Assembly: GCA_026770705.1 (NCBI GenBank)
Contig: JANJGN010000026.1
Coordinates: 35,650,001 to 35,714,000, forward strand
Source: Isurus oxyrinchus
Lineage: Eukaryota
Direction: 5' to 3'
DNA: 64,000 bases
Part shown: one piece after another, positions 48,735 through 62,485 of the stretch
How positions within the stretch are numbered: the stretch's first letter is position 1
Layout: each line of letters opens with the position of its first letter
Position numbers and translations under genes: made by a program
Notes under the pieces: model-generated
Database searches by the model: none
What the model saw: the letters and a program-made list of their open reading frames with translations, nothing else
Told to the model about the DNA's origin: nothing

Positions 48735-49290
48735 CCATGTGCCTCCCATGTTCCTTCTGAAAATGTGTTCAGTGGGCCAGTGTTGAAATAATCATTGGGT
48801 ATTTCATGTTTAAGTCTAGTCCTAAACTTTGGTGCATTCTGTGCTTTGTTACAGGCAAGAGGGAGAGAGAGAGTGAGAGTTCCTGCATCCCTCTGGGTTA
48901 ACGGTCTGGAAGAAAAGATAATGATGTTAGGCTGCAGTTACTGCATACCTGATAACTTTCTCTAGCTCTGCTGACACATTAATATTCCGGGTGAGATCCG
49001 AGGTATTTACTGAGGAGGTGTAGCTCGAAACATTGAGTTAGATCTCAATATTTCCATCCAAGCTCCCTGTTGACGTAGGAAAGGACCAAGAGAGTAATAC
49101 AACAATTTGAGAAATAAACCTACCAATCTTTCTCCGTGGGCTTCCTTAGGATCAAATTCCCCACCGGTAAAAGCGCAAAAGAACACTTGACAGTGTTGTG
49201 AGTAGTCGCTCAGGATTTTATACGGCGACTTGGCTGTTATCTGACGCTGTGTTTCACTGCGCCATAATAGACCGCGCTGGCCTTCATACT
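48735..49290 (+). pseudogene. Decayed V, paralog of the 40.4 kb V
   Basis: Similar leader start (ATGTGCCTCCC) and acceptor TTGTTACAG (48854); LTV..MMLGCSY, PRYLLRR-like and SDAVFHCA remnants. Confidence 0.6.
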
Positions 49291-49499
49291 CAGACCGCTT
49301 TTTTTGAGGTAACCAGACTTTGTAGACCTGTCAGCAGCCACCAGATATTGTCCTGAGATTTTTGCCTTCTTTCAGCACCACTGTTCTGCTGATTATCCAG
49401 CCTGGAGGATGCGTTGGTTTCTGCCGTTACCATTGCCTGTAGTAAATATCCATGGTTTTTTATTCACAGTATAACTACACCGAACCTCCATCTAATATG

Positions 49500-50160
49500 A
49501 CAATAAAAATACCTGGTAAAAATCAGCAGGTCTGACAGCATCTGCGGAGAGGAACACAGTTAACATTTTGAGTCCGTATGACTCTTCAACAGAACTAAGG
49601 AAAAATAAAAGAGAGGTGAAATATAAGCTCGTTTAATGGGGGGCTGGGGGGGGGGGGGGTTGGTTGGGGGGTGTGGTGGGGGGTGCGGTGGTGGAGACAA
49701 GTAGAGCTGGATAGAGGGCCAGTGATAGGTGAAGATTTCCAGAAGATGTCATAGACAGAAGGACACAGAGATGTTGACGGTGGTGATATTAGATAAGAAA
49801 TGTGCTAATAGGTGACATTAAGGGTAGAAAGCAGGACGAGCAAGGTACAGATAGCCCTTGTGGGGATGGGGTGGGGGGAAGGGATCGAAATAGAGATAAA
49901 ACAATGGATGGAAATACATTCAAAAGTAATGGAAATAAGCGGGAAAAGAAAAATCTATATAAATTATTGGAAAAAAGGGGGGTCGGAAAGGGGGTGGGGA
50001 TGGAGAAGACTGTTCATGATCTAAAATTGTTGAACTCAATATTCAGTCCGGAAGGCTGTAAAGTGCCTAGTCAGAAGATGAGGTGCTGTTCCTCCAGTTT
50101 GCGTTGAGCGTCACTGGAACATTGCAGCAGGCCAAGGATGGACATGTGGGCATGAGAGGG
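49500..50160 (-). mobile_element. Penelope-like retroelement 3' fragment
   Basis: Minus strand 50020-50130 reads QCSSDAQRKLEEQHLIF*LGTLQPSGLNIEFNNF (GIY-YIG endonuclease C-terminus). Confidence 0.75.
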
Positions 50161-50164
50161 TGGA

Positions 50165-50440
50165 CATGCATTTCAACACTCCACCCTGTACCGACGATGC
50201 TGATTCCTTATGCTGGTACCGGCAGTACCCAGGCAGACAGCCCGAATTTGCAGTCCGGAGGCTCACGGGTGGCAGTTCAGTATTTAAGGCGGATTTCGCT
50301 CAGAGCCGGTTTTCTAATATAGTCCAGCAGTTGTATCGATTGACGATCTTGGAGTTGTGGCTGTCTAACATCGCGGTCTATTGCTGTGCACTGAGTCTCA
50401 CTTTCTGGAGCACAGCTGCTGTCTGTTGAGGGCTGTTTAT
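50165..50440 (+). pseudogene. 5'-truncated TCR V
   Basis: SLCWYRQYPGRQPEFAVRR..KADFAQSRFS..RLTILELWLSNIAVYCCALS. FR1 is replaced by the Penelope insertion; RSS unclear. Confidence 0.85.
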
Positions 50441-51410
50441 AACAGCGGGTCAGACACTGGCACGTCAATCCATTCTGTTCGAGCACAATCCACGGAATCA
50501 CCATCTAAATCGCTCGCATTGAATATTGATTCAGTCTGATTACTGTATTAAATGTGGGGGGCAGAATCCTATTGCTTATTTGGGAATGTCTGAGAGATCG
50601 CCATATCCATTGAGAACAAACACATGAAAGTGGCCTGCGCCGATTTATATCAGTGCACTGCTGTTCATGAAACAACTGATGGCAAAGGAACAAATGTTTC
50701 TTTTGTGTTGAAATAGCCAGTAGTGAGACATAAGGCCACTAGGTGAGGAGAATCCGAATAAATATAATGACCTGATTAAACATCTCTCGATATTAGTTGT
50801 TTCCATATATTGAAATTAAGAACCTATAAAATAAACAGGCACAAAGAGGTTATTTTCAAGACATGATTAGAAGCTGATGAACAATGATTAATAGATTGTA
50901 TAATCCACAAGGACAGGCTGCTGTGTTCTAGGCACCGGAACAGATGACCAGGTAACCGACTGAATACTAAAGCTTTTTTTTTAAGTATCAGAAAGTTTGA
51001 GCACTGAAAGCGCTTTGGGAAATCTGAACACACTAGGTAAGGCTTTATGAAAATGCAAAGCCTTTGTCCTTTTTTGCTGCGCCTCCCTTCAGTGATATAT
51101 AACTGATGCTGCATTTGTGTTGTGTGTACCCTCTGTAACGGCTGGAACATAAGCTCAACTATTTTGCTCAGCATTTCTGCCGTTTATTCTTTAATTTACA
51201 AAAATAGGATGACTTTTCTGAACACATTTTACATTATGCTCAGGATGTATTCGATCTAAATGGAAAAATTCAAAATGCTGCACCTGTTGCTATCGGCTTG
51301 TTATTTATTTGGATTTACTTTAAATGAGCACATTCCGGTTATATGCTTTGAAAGTCTTTGTTCCTCCCCACTCTACCCGCCATTCCGTTCAACGGGTCAC
51401 GTTTCTGCAG

Positions 51411-51953
51411 TGTTCCTCTACGAGGAAGGCTCCGTCTGGTTCCTGTCACTTTGTCTCTCAGCCCGCAGTAATACACTGCGCTGTCAGGCAGCCGCAGGTC
51501 GCGGTTGGTGAAATTCTCCTCACTTCTGGAAGTGTCGAGAGATGCGGATAATCGAGTCCCCGCGCCCTCTGCGTTGAAAACAACCCCAGCGTAAGGGTTA
51601 CAGGTCAATATTGTGGGGGCTTTTTCGCCTTCCTGATGGTACAGTTGCAATAAGCAGAAACCAAACGTGGTCGAATAGCTGAAATTAATGGTCAGCGAGT
51701 CTCCTTCAAACTGTGCCCCTGCAACCGGCTCCTGTAACACCGAGTCTGCAGAAAATTCAAAGTACAGAACTTCAACTTCTTATTATCACTGTTACAATCA
51801 GGGTTATCATGTTAACGGAGCCCTTTACAAATAAAGGGAAACATAGTTAAAAGGAAGATCACTGTGCCAGTATAACCTGCAAAATGAAAATTGCGTAACT
51901 TTGCAATTTACCAGTTAAGAGAATCGCAGTTGTGAAGAATGAACAGACAACAT
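51411..51953 (-). pseudogene. V pseudogene, inverted paralog of the 41.4 kb V
   Basis: V exon 51745-51454 is open (DSVLQEP..LTINFSY..LQLYHQ..DSAVYYCGLR), but the leader is frameshifted (42 nt) and the heptamer is mutated to CAAAGTG. Confidence 0.88.
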
Positions 51954-54460
51954 GTTTGCAGAGCCGATGGCGGATTTGAATAGATTGATTCCAACCAGAA
52001 TTGTTTTAGTGAAGAGTTAAGATGTTGAGTAATATCCGGCCCCGCGTCCGACTGGTTTATTCCTGACTGAGCTCACAGCTCTTTGTCCTTCAGTTCATCC
52101 AATCAGCTCACAGTTCCTTCAATCCGTGTCGCCAGAGAGTTCCAAATAAGCAGAGAGAGCATACGAACATATGAAACAGGAGCTGGAGTCGGGCACTCGG
52201 TCTCTCGACCCTGCAGCACCAGCTATCTCTAATCTACCTATCTAACTCTCATCTACCTTCCTGCACTAAATCCAGGTCCCTTGTTTCCCTTCAAACCCAA
52301 AGAACTAGCAACCTCAGTCTAACATAAACTCAGCGACTACGCTCTGGAGTGTGGAATAATAAAAACTGCATTGAAGCCGATATAGTTTCTTTAAGTGGGT
52401 CAATCTTTGATGTGGAACGATGATGGGTAATATTTAAAGTTTTTCTCTGACCAGTGTTCGAGTCTCCCGTTAAAAAAGCTTCTCGATGACCGTGAAAAAT
52501 ACTCAGCCGATATAAAGAGGGATCTTACATAGAATACCACACATTCTGCACCCCGCCAACACCACCCCATATCCCGCCCCCCCAATACCACTTTTTTCTC
52601 CCTCTCTCTTCCTCTTTCTCCTCTAGCTTTGTCTACTTTTTTCCCTCTTTTTCTCTCGATATCACTTTCTGTCTATTTTACTCTCTCTTTTCTCTCTGTG
52701 GGACTATTCGCTCCTGTTTTTTATTAAGTTGAAAAGTGAAGTAATTCTTGGAGGTAATGTGGCCCATTAATCACATATCCAGAATTAGCACAAAAGTAAG
52801 AAAGTTACTGACCTAATTCAACTGTATTTGGGTTGAAAATTCTTCATCAAATGTCCCAGTAGAGCCCTGCTGTGTCCAGGCGAAGCCTCGCACACAGCAT
52901 TGGAAAAAGTCTGGTGGCACAGACCCACACAATGGACATGCGCAGAGATTAGCACACAGAGAAATACATAAAAGCACTTGCAGGTGCACACACAGACATG
53001 TAAAATCAAACACGTACTCTGAAGTGCATCAACTCAAGCACGCACGCACAGGCACACGAGGACAAGGAGAAGCATACATACACAGAGAGATATATGTCTA
53101 TAGAGAGATCAATTAAAAATCAAACTGTCTCTCAGATGAATTAGAGAGAAAACTGTCTCCCATGATAGATTAAAGATTAAACTGTCTCTCAGATCCATTA
53201 AAGATTAAACTCTTTTCCGCCTTTTTGTGTTAATTCTAGACATATGATTAATGTGCCACATCACCTCCAGGAAGTACTTCACTTTTCAACTTAAGTCTCT
53301 CAGATCGATTAACTATCAACCTGTCAAATCAAGTAAAGATCAAACTGTCTCTGGCAAATTCGGGCCTGAGGAGAGGAACAAACGGAAGCTATGGCCGAGG
53401 ATACAGGAGATTGAAGACTGATCAAAGTGCGCGGCGATGAACAGCTGCAGCCGGAAGTGTTGGAGCGGAAATAGCGACGGTTGAAGCTCCAGGAGACCGT
53501 GAGCATCCTGCACCTGTTCACTCATCAAGTGACTGAGAATAAATAGTGCGCGATGGGCAGGAAGGGAGCAGAAGCATTGTAAGTTAGGGGATGGAATGAG
53601 GACCGTATTTGTGTCTATTTGAAAGACCGATCCCAATCGCCTTTCAGAGCCGGCATTTTCCACGTTGTTTTCCTTTTCCAAATTATGACAATTCCGCATT
53701 GAAATTTATGATTGAAACCCCTTTCTCCAACATTTCAAGCATCGTATTCAAGATGGTAACATATACAATGTAATAAATAAAACAAATCTTTCCCTCAAAT
53801 CTTTTCATGAAATCGAGGTGATTTGGTTATTGAATCTTCTGACAATGGAAGAAATTGAGTTCTACTCTGAATAAAGGACAATTTTTGGCACATCAATTGA
53901 ATCTCTCTTCTACCTTCTTTGTTGCGAGGATAAGCATCCACGTTTGCCTAGTCTGTTCGCATAAACGTCCACATATCTGGGGCCATTCTGATGTGAAGCG
54001 TCCGCACTTTCTCCAAAATCTTGACATTCCTCCTACTTCGTAGTGCTCAGGCTTTGGACAGAGAACTCCAGCAATCATTTCTACAGATTTAACATCACGC
54101 CCGACCTAAACATCAGCAGCCGCAATGACTGTCTGAACAGCTCCAATTCAGATTCCTGGGGAGCATTCGTTTCTTGATATGTATTTCAATAAACCCTGAG
54201 TCCATTCAACGGCCGCATCCGAACACTGATTTAACCGAAATCACCAGCGGAGGGTGCCAAATTCAAGCATGGGCGTCACTAAGTCACGTGGTGGAAACGG
54301 CAAAACCAATAGGGATGGTTTCCTGAGTGAGGTCACAATGGGCCTTGCCCCCCCGCAGTGTGCGGGAGGAACAATGAGCTGGGCAGAGCCCGGGTTCCCT
54401 CTCTCCTTCTCCATCTCTCGCTCATTCCATTCACATTCGCTGAGAGAGATTCAGTCTGAC

Positions 54461-55028
54461 ATGTTGCTGATAATACTGACGGCGCTGTTCGACAGTAAGT
54501 ACTGGATTAAGTTGATCAAGGCAGATCGGTAGATTAGTGTACAGAGATTGCGATAGTTTTTAGTAGAATTCACGATCAGAAATATCCATAGTATGGATAA
54601 CTAGGTAGATAGGAGGTTCTGCAAACCCAAACAGCTACAAACAAATTGAGATCAACACTGTTTAACCGCTTGATATTTCACTCCTCTACCTCACAGGCGG
54701 ACGATGCGCACATCCAGTAACTCAGTCCCCGGTCGCACTAACGGTGTCGGAAGGGGGTTTGGTGCAGTTAGATTGTGAATATACAGATCGGAATCTAAAC
54801 TACATGCAATGGTATCGGCAGCAGACGGCACAGCCACCAAGATGGATTATTACCAATGTCTTAGCACTGAAGAAAAATTAAATTTCAGGACGGTATCTGG
54901 CGGCTGCTGACATGTCTCAAAAGAACGGTTACCTCAACATAAGCGAACTGAGTGTGGAGGACGGGGCGGTGTATTACTCTGCAATGAGGCACAGCGTTAG
55001 ATCACAGCTAGAACCCCATACCTCAGCG
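54461..55028 (+). pseudogene. TCR V pseudogene
   Basis: Leader MLLIILTALFD|GTAAG; exon from 54697 PVTQSP..VQLDC..MQWYRQQ..KN*..EDGAVYYSAMR (stop, Cys104 to Ser). CACAGCG + 23 bp + decayed nonamer. Confidence 0.9.
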
Positions 55029-55189
55029 AGAACTTACAGCTTCGATAAGCTTTCTTATGTGCTTTTGTGAATGGGAAGGGTTTCATCCTGGGTTCCTGAA
55101 AAGCAAAACAGACAGGTCTATTTACCGCAGTTTTATTGCTCTTTTTGTCCTTGTCTAAATCCACAGAGAGACAGTTTTGGGGGGAAAAA

Positions 55190-55525
55190 TGTTTGTTCTT
55201 TCATGGGATATGGGCGTTACTGGCTAGGCCAGCATTTGTTGCCCATCCCCAAATTGCCCTTGTTCAGTGGACATTTTAGAGTTAACCACATTGCTGTGGG
55301 CCTGGAGCCACATGTAAGCCAGGCCAGGTAAGGAAGACAGATTTCCCTCCCTAAAGTACAACAGTGAACCAAATGGGTTTTTATAACAACCGTTTTATGG
55401 TCATCATTATACTTTTAAATTGAATTTAAATTCCACTAAAGCGGGATTCGAACCGGAGCCCCCAAAGGGTTAGCCCGGATTCTTAAAGCACTATTGTAAG
55501 GATAATACCAGTACACCATCGTGTC
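55190..55525 (-). mobile_element. tRNA-derived SINE, near full length
   Basis: Box B-like GGTTCGAATCCC on the minus strand near 55445; 3' tail shared with LINE family B. Confidence 0.75.
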
Positions 55526-55804
55526 CAAGCAAGCCAAGCTATTTCCATGCAGCTATTTGTAGCGTAACCAGTTCCGAACTTACTCGGAATATTGATTTGC
55601 CAACAGAGGTAATGAAATCTCTCAGAAGTGGAGTTCCTATAGCTGATAATTATGGGCTATTCTTACAGAACCGTTAACTCAGGTGGACCCAGGGTGGATA
55701 GGTGGTTGGGTGGACTGATCAGTTTATTCTACCTTTTTCCACAAGCACTACATTTAGTTTTCCTTGTATATATCATTATATTAGTTTCATTCTTGTTTTG
55801 GCAG

Positions 55805-56124
55805 CTACTCCTTGTCACTGGGAAACAAATGCTGGTATTGGTTTATCGGGAACGCAAGGACATTCATTTTGCTTCACCATAACTCTACTTTCGCTGCAAA
55901 TGAACTTACATTCTTGCACTGCCAATTCTCTAATTGCGCCCCCAGAGCATCTCTTCTCCATATTCAGTGATGAAAGATTTGAATGAAGATTTAAAGTATC
56001 TGTGGACCATGTGAAAGGCTCTACCACTCTTACCGTTCACTCGGTTAAGTTCTCAGTTGCTACGGTGTAGAACAGTGCAGTGAAACACGTGGAGGTACGG
56101 AGGGGAGGAGACTGCGCTAGAACT
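55805..56124 (+). pseudogene. Decayed TCR V
   Basis: PPEHLFSI..RFKVSVDHVKGSTTLTV..ATV*NSAVK; CACGTGG + 23 bp + GCTAGAACT. Confidence 0.65.
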
Positions 56125-59100
56125 CATTCGACATGGGGACTGGGGAGACAATCGGGACATGGGCTTAAGAAGCGGGAGTGATTCTGCAAAAAAAAACTGT
56201 TCATCATCCGAGTAACTGAATAAATATATTTTTTTTATTATTTCATAATAATACAGCATACAGATTAACGACCTCTATAAAAATAAATCACGCATGGAAA
56301 GGATCTTTCCTCTTGTGGGAAAAGCTAGAACTAGGGGTCACTGTTTAAAAATAAGGGGTCTCCTATTTAAATCAGAGATGAGAGGAAAATTTTCTCTCAG
56401 AAAGAGTAAGTGTTTGGAACCCCCTTCCTCAAAGGGCAGGGGAAACAGGGTCTTTGAATCTTTTCAAGGAGAGGGTGATCAATTTTTGATAAACAAGGGA
56501 GTGGAAGGTAACCGGGGTTAGGTGAGAGTTTACAATCAAATCAGACATGACCTTATTGGACGGCGGGGTATTTGTATGCTCATATATATCTGGCATCCTG
56601 AAATTTGATTGACATCGTTCTTTGATGATTAAGGTGTTTGCAAGCATTACATTCTTCTGAAATGATCGATCACAACCTCATCAGTTACGGATTTATGAAT
56701 TTATGAACAAGATGCCCCCCTATCTATGCAAATGAACAGGTACTGTCCGAATGACGTGGGCACGTCAGAAAATTGAGTCAAATAGTCTAGGAATGAATAT
56801 TAATTAGTAACGGTAGTATACGCAAAACATCGAAAAGATAGCACTTCCAGTAATAGTAAAACTAAAGCTACAAGAACCATAATCACGTGGCAGAATAGTG
56901 ATCCAGCAATATCATTCAGCAATATTCGAGTATAAATTGAGAGTCGTTGTTTTACAGGCAGGATCCCACTACATGGCGCTCCAGGACCTTATCTTTGCAG
57001 AAAACGTAGCAAGCCGTCAGTTCACGGCTCTGACACGTGACAGTTGGGGAATACTGGAAATATTTTGGCGTTGTGAGATGTTACTGTAAACAATAGTGTA
57101 TATAGGTTAAGAATCGATAGATGAATTACAGAAGATACTTAGAGGTTGAGGCCTATAAATCATTATATTTTTTGGTCCAATATAACTGCATAGTCCGAAG
57201 TAAAAGGTTATCGCATTGAGAGAGAGAGAGAGATAGTGAGAAAAAGAGAGAGATAGAGCGAGACAGAGAGATAGAGGGCGGGACAGAGAGACAGAGACAA
57301 AGAGACAGAGAGAGAGATATAGGGAGGGAGAGACCAGTTCATCTTTTCGTGACCGAATATTTTGGTCACTATTGGTCATAACTTCAAAATATCAGGAAAA
57401 TACCGGAACATTCAAATCCCTTCACTCCACTATAAGAGTCAGAGAGACAACCCTTTCTGGCAGAGAATCAAACATTCCCACTGCCCATTGTGTAAATAAT
57501 ATTACTAACATCAGAACAGCGGCTACACTGGAAAGGTACTTCGTCCGGTTGGGAAGTGCTTACTGACATCCTGCATCTGTAAGAGGCTATTTCTCTTTTC
57601 GTGTGATATTTGATTCCAGGGTTAAAATGTAATGGCTCCCTGCTTCCAGGGGGCCAGTAAAGTTTATTTCTTTAAATTTCCTTCTCTTCATTTCAATCCT
57701 TTTTTATGGGTTATGCTGTTGAGGGGTCCCCACGTCCTGGGATTACCAGGATTCTGTCTCCAGTCTGTTCACAGATTCTGTCCGCTCACGGGGCATGCGT
57801 AATCTGTCGGAAACAACAATCCGAGAATTTACTGAGGAGACCCTGACGGAAACTGACTTCCCGTGCAGGAGGGCCTGTGATCGAGTCGCCGAGAGGTCAC
57901 TGCACCCCATATGTTAGTCATCAGCCTGATCACCACTATAAACGATTTGTATTCATTTCCTTGAAAGTGTGTATATAAACTATATACATTTGCAGAAAGG
58001 TGCACATGCATAACAATACAAAGGCCCTTCCGCCAACACTACTTGTCAGCCGAGGCTCAGTTACCCACCCTACCGCCTCTGGACAAGAAGCTTCAGGAGA
58101 CATGTCCCCCAGAATCTATAACGACTCATCACTTCAGTCCTCAGGGAAATATGCACAGCCAGAGGGGCCGGCTTTCGGATGAATAGACCACTATTTTGAA
58201 GCAGAGAAGGGAAATTGGCCTGGACAACATTTCTCCAGCAATCACTGTCAGTGAAATGGTCGTTGTTGTTGAAGGTCAGTCATCTCAGTTCAAGGACATC
58301 ACTGCAAGAGTTCCTGTGTAGTGTCCTAGGCCCAAGCACCTTCAGCTGTTTCATCAGTGACCTTCCTTCCATCATAAAGCCAGAAGTGGGGATATTTTGC
58401 GGATAATTGCACAACGTTCAGCACCATTCGCGACTCCTCAGATACTGAAGCAGCCCATGTCCAAATGCAGCAAGATCTAAAACTTGGGATGAGAAGGGGC
58501 AGATAACATTCAAGCAACACAAGTGCCAGGCAATGAAAATCTTCAACAAGAGAGAATCTAACCATGGCCGTTTGACATTCAGTTGCACTACCATCACTAA
58601 ATCCCCTGATATTCTTTGACTCCTTTGTCAGTCAATATCTATTTAACACAGCTTTACTAATATTCAATAACCCTGCCTCCACCACACTCTGGGGCAGAGG
58701 CTACCCAGACCCTTGAACTGCTGAGCGACAAAAATTCTCCTCAACTTAAATTGGAGATCCCTTATTTTTAAACTCTGTCCCCTAGTTCTAGTCTCCCTCA
58801 AAAGGGGGAACATATTTTCCACATCCACCCTGTGGATATAAGACATAGCGTGCTCGTCTGTGCGAAGCACATCATTATTCATGTTTACTAATGCATGCCC
58901 CTGGTTATATTGAACTAAACGCTGTCTCATTTATTACTACAAACGGATATGCCTTTGTTTAATTTACACACGATCATGCTTCCATTGTTATTGTCCTTGA
59001 GCACGGTTTTATTTACATAACGGAAGTCCCGGCCTCAATTATCAATGCAATGCACCGTGCCTTTGTTCATATTATATTACTTGCTGGCCCTAGTATTAAT

Positions 59101-61981
59101 CAACTACACATTGCCTCCATCGCATTAAAGCACATCTCCTCTTGTCAAATTAAATACTACCCCAGTGATTACGTCATGACACCTTTTATCTTTATTCATA
59201 TTACATTTGAAACCGTTTTTCATTCTATCATACCAGACCTTCCCTGTCGCTGCTCATATTACACTGGACCATGTTAACATACGCACTAGAAGCAGGAATA
59301 GGCCACTCGGCCCCTCGAGTTCGTTCCACCATTCAATAAGGTCATGACTGATTTTATTGTAACGTCGGCCTGAGATTCCTGCCAATCCCCGATAACCTCT
59401 CGCCACCAGAGCCACCGTGAAGTACTTTTCGGTTGGCCTGACGTCGCGAAAAGCGCAGTTTACACCCACACAGCATCGGGTGAAGCCAATCGACAACTGC
59501 GTTTTGCCGGGTTTCTGAAAGAACTATTCAGTTAGCAGGAGAGGCGCCTCCAGTCGGCGAACTAGGTGATGGCCTCGGACTACAATGTCTGGAGGGACGA
59601 GTGGTAGGGAATAGGAGTGCGGGGGCAAAAAAAAACTGCCGGCTTTTAAAAAATGAGCTGAAAGCCGGCCGTGATTGTATTGATGAGTAAATTGCAAATT
59701 TGTTTCGACTTTCCAACAGATGACGTTATGAAAGGAATGGATTGAATCCATAACTCTAGCTGTATTTTCCTTTAGAATTAGTAGATAACTAGCAGTTCCT
59801 TACACTCCTCTGCTTTTTTCACCAAGTCCCCCTTTTCCAGCATTTATCCAATTCCCATTTGGAATTTATTGTTTAGTCTGGGTCCAGCTTCCTTTCGGAC
59901 AGCACATTCGGGATCAAAACTCAAAAATGACTTCTCATGTTATCAAATACTTTATTTTAAGTATCAGGGCTAAACTTAGAGATCGAGTCTCTGCAGTGTG
60001 GAGTTGGTGCTGAGAAAGAATGAATGAAAGAAGGAAAAACAATCAGGTATTTACAGAGCGTCCTTTCCGGCCTCCGGGAGCCCAAATGGCTTTACAGCCA
60101 ATTAGAAATTTCCTGTTGCTTTGCAGGAAACGTGGCAGCAAAAGGTAGGCAGAGCAAGATTCCACAAAACGTAATGAGAAAAACGAGCACAAAACTGTCT
60201 TCAGTGGTGTTAACTGAAGGATAAATAATGGCCAAGGTCACTGGGGAGAATTCTTTGCTGTTTTCTTAAATTTTTGAATAGAGACATTTCGCAATCCACC
60301 TGAGAGCGTAGCCAGAGTCCATCGTTCAGCGTCTCATCCAGAAAGTCAGCATGTACAATCGCTCAGGATTCCTTCAGTGTAGATAACAGCAGACTGTTGG
60401 CGCTGCACTATGAGTTTTATATGCCTCCAATGTGGGAGCTTGAGCGGACAATTTATGGGTAAGGTGACAGAAAGTTCTATGCACTGAGACACTCTGGTGG
60501 AAGAGAAACACCATGAAGGGGTTTTATTTATTTTTTCACCAGTTAAGGATGAGAACTTACCTGTCTGTCCGGGGTATTTTCCGGGCAGAGGCGGAGGAAA
60601 ACAAGCACAGAATTCCCTGGGGGTTTCAGCGGGACCTTTGAATGTGACAGTCTGCGCATACGCAGCCCAGTGATCGGCAGTTGGGAGCATTGCAGTCATC
60701 ACCAAGGCGCCTGCGTGCTGGTGGTGGCTCACGAACACGACCCCGGCATGGGTATAGGTGGTGGGGAAAAAAAGCCTGGTGGATATTAGCAAAAAATGGT
60801 AAAAAACGGGCACTATGATGAGAGTCACGTATTTGGGTGAATATTAGGACATTGCGGATACCCTGTTGTGCTGGAATGTCAATAAGAATATCGAATATGT
60901 TTCTGTGAAATGCAGTCGACTAGTTCTGTGTGACTTCCCGTCGGCCTTGCTTGTGTGCCGCACAGTCATCCATTTTTGTGCGGCCAGACGCTATCGGGAA
61001 TTTCCCGTTTCTTCCGTTATTGACATTTCGAGGTCTGCCTGCAATATTGCACAGTCCCTTTCCCATCAACTCTGTCATGTCCTGGAGTCTTTACTCGCAG
61101 ACTCTGTCACTGTTAATGATAATTCTGAATATTACAGAACTGGAAACCAATCCTCACTGAATGGAAACATCATTTTAAATGCAAAACAGAGAAGGGAAGC
61201 GTTTGTTTAAATGAGAGAGGGAGCTTGTTTTTCGCGTATGTTGTATATATCTGCCTGGATGTTGTCAATGGGCTGTATCATATTGCAAGCTGATCCTCAG
61301 AGGCTGGACTGAGGGAAGCAGCGGCGCCTCAGGCTCTCTCCTTCAGATCAGGTACTCAACCCAGATCCCGTCAACCCCTTCAGGGTGTTAATGAATTCCC
61401 GGCAGTATTGCAATGAGTGGAAGTAAGACCATACAGTAAATACACATGGAACCACCTCCCAGCTCCTTACTACAGCGCGAAGGAGGGCAGCAGCACCTAC
61501 TGACAGAATCATGCCCATCTCACACCGCCCTGTTCAACAGAGAAATGTGGAAGGGGATTTAACATCCAGCTCCAATGAAGCGAAAGATAGTCATAGGGTT
61601 CCCTCATTCAGCCTGAGAGTTATTCACGCAACACACAACCAGAGACCGTGGATCCTTGCGGCCCACCACTGATCTCGCGGATATTGCCCTCTGCAAATCA
61701 GCATTACCCCACTTTAAGCAGGGCATCCCAAACTGTGTGTCACGCGACACCCAGTGGGGTTACGAGGCCGAATTTGGGGGTCGTGAGTTCCGAAGCAGCA
61801 ACAGACTGAGTGCAACAGCTCCGCCCCTTTGAACTCTCGTTTTATTTAAACGGCAGGCGTGGCCTAATTTTCGTGCCTAGAATCTTTCAGTCCAGCTCTG
61901 AGGTCCGGCCTCCCAGTGCAGTCCAGGGCTGCAGTCTCCAACTCCCCGTCATATAAACCCCCAGCTCCAGGCAGCAGAACG

Positions 61982-62485
61982 ATGGGAATCCACTTTGTTT
62001 TCACCCTGTGTGTCTGTTTACCCCGTGAGTACCGATCACACAAACAGACATTATGTGGATTTCATATAAGGCTGCCCGAGTCCATCCCAATTACAGACAG
62101 GGGGTTTAACCCGGTTCTGTGATTCGGCTCTGATGGTCCATGAAACTATCTCTGTTTAATTTCCAGGAGTTTTCAGTCAGCAGTGACACAAACCCCGGCA
62201 GCGGTGACCAGGAAGTAATGTCAGTCTCTCACCATTACCTGTGTTTTCCACGCTGGTTATTGGGATATTGTCCAAACGGTGCTTTTCATCAGACAAACCC
62301 AGACCGGAGCAGAGCGGGAGCGGATCTCCAGCGGGGGGACATTGTTTGTGTCAATGGATAAAACAGAAAAGACATTTTCGTTGGAAATTTGGGATGTGAG
62401 AGTTGAAGGCACTGCCACCTATTACTGTAAAGCTCAGTACTACGTTACACAGCGACTGGCCTCGGCTTCCCGGGATACAAACATT
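61982..62485 (+). pseudogene. NAR-TCR (IgNAR-like) V pseudogene with leader and RSS
   Basis: TATA at ~61951; leader MGIHFVFTLCVCLP|GTGAG. Exon from 62167 VTQTPAAVTRK*CQSLTITC..IRQTQTGAERERISSGG..FSLEIWDVRVEGTATYYCKAQY: short NAR-type domain lacking CDR2, with an extra FR1 Cys, a stop and frameshifts. CACAGCG + 22 bp + ACAAACATT. Confidence 0.88.

Noticed and set aside
55430-55525. tRNA gene
   Set aside because: tRNA-like head of a SINE with a LINE-derived tail; no complete cloverleaf.
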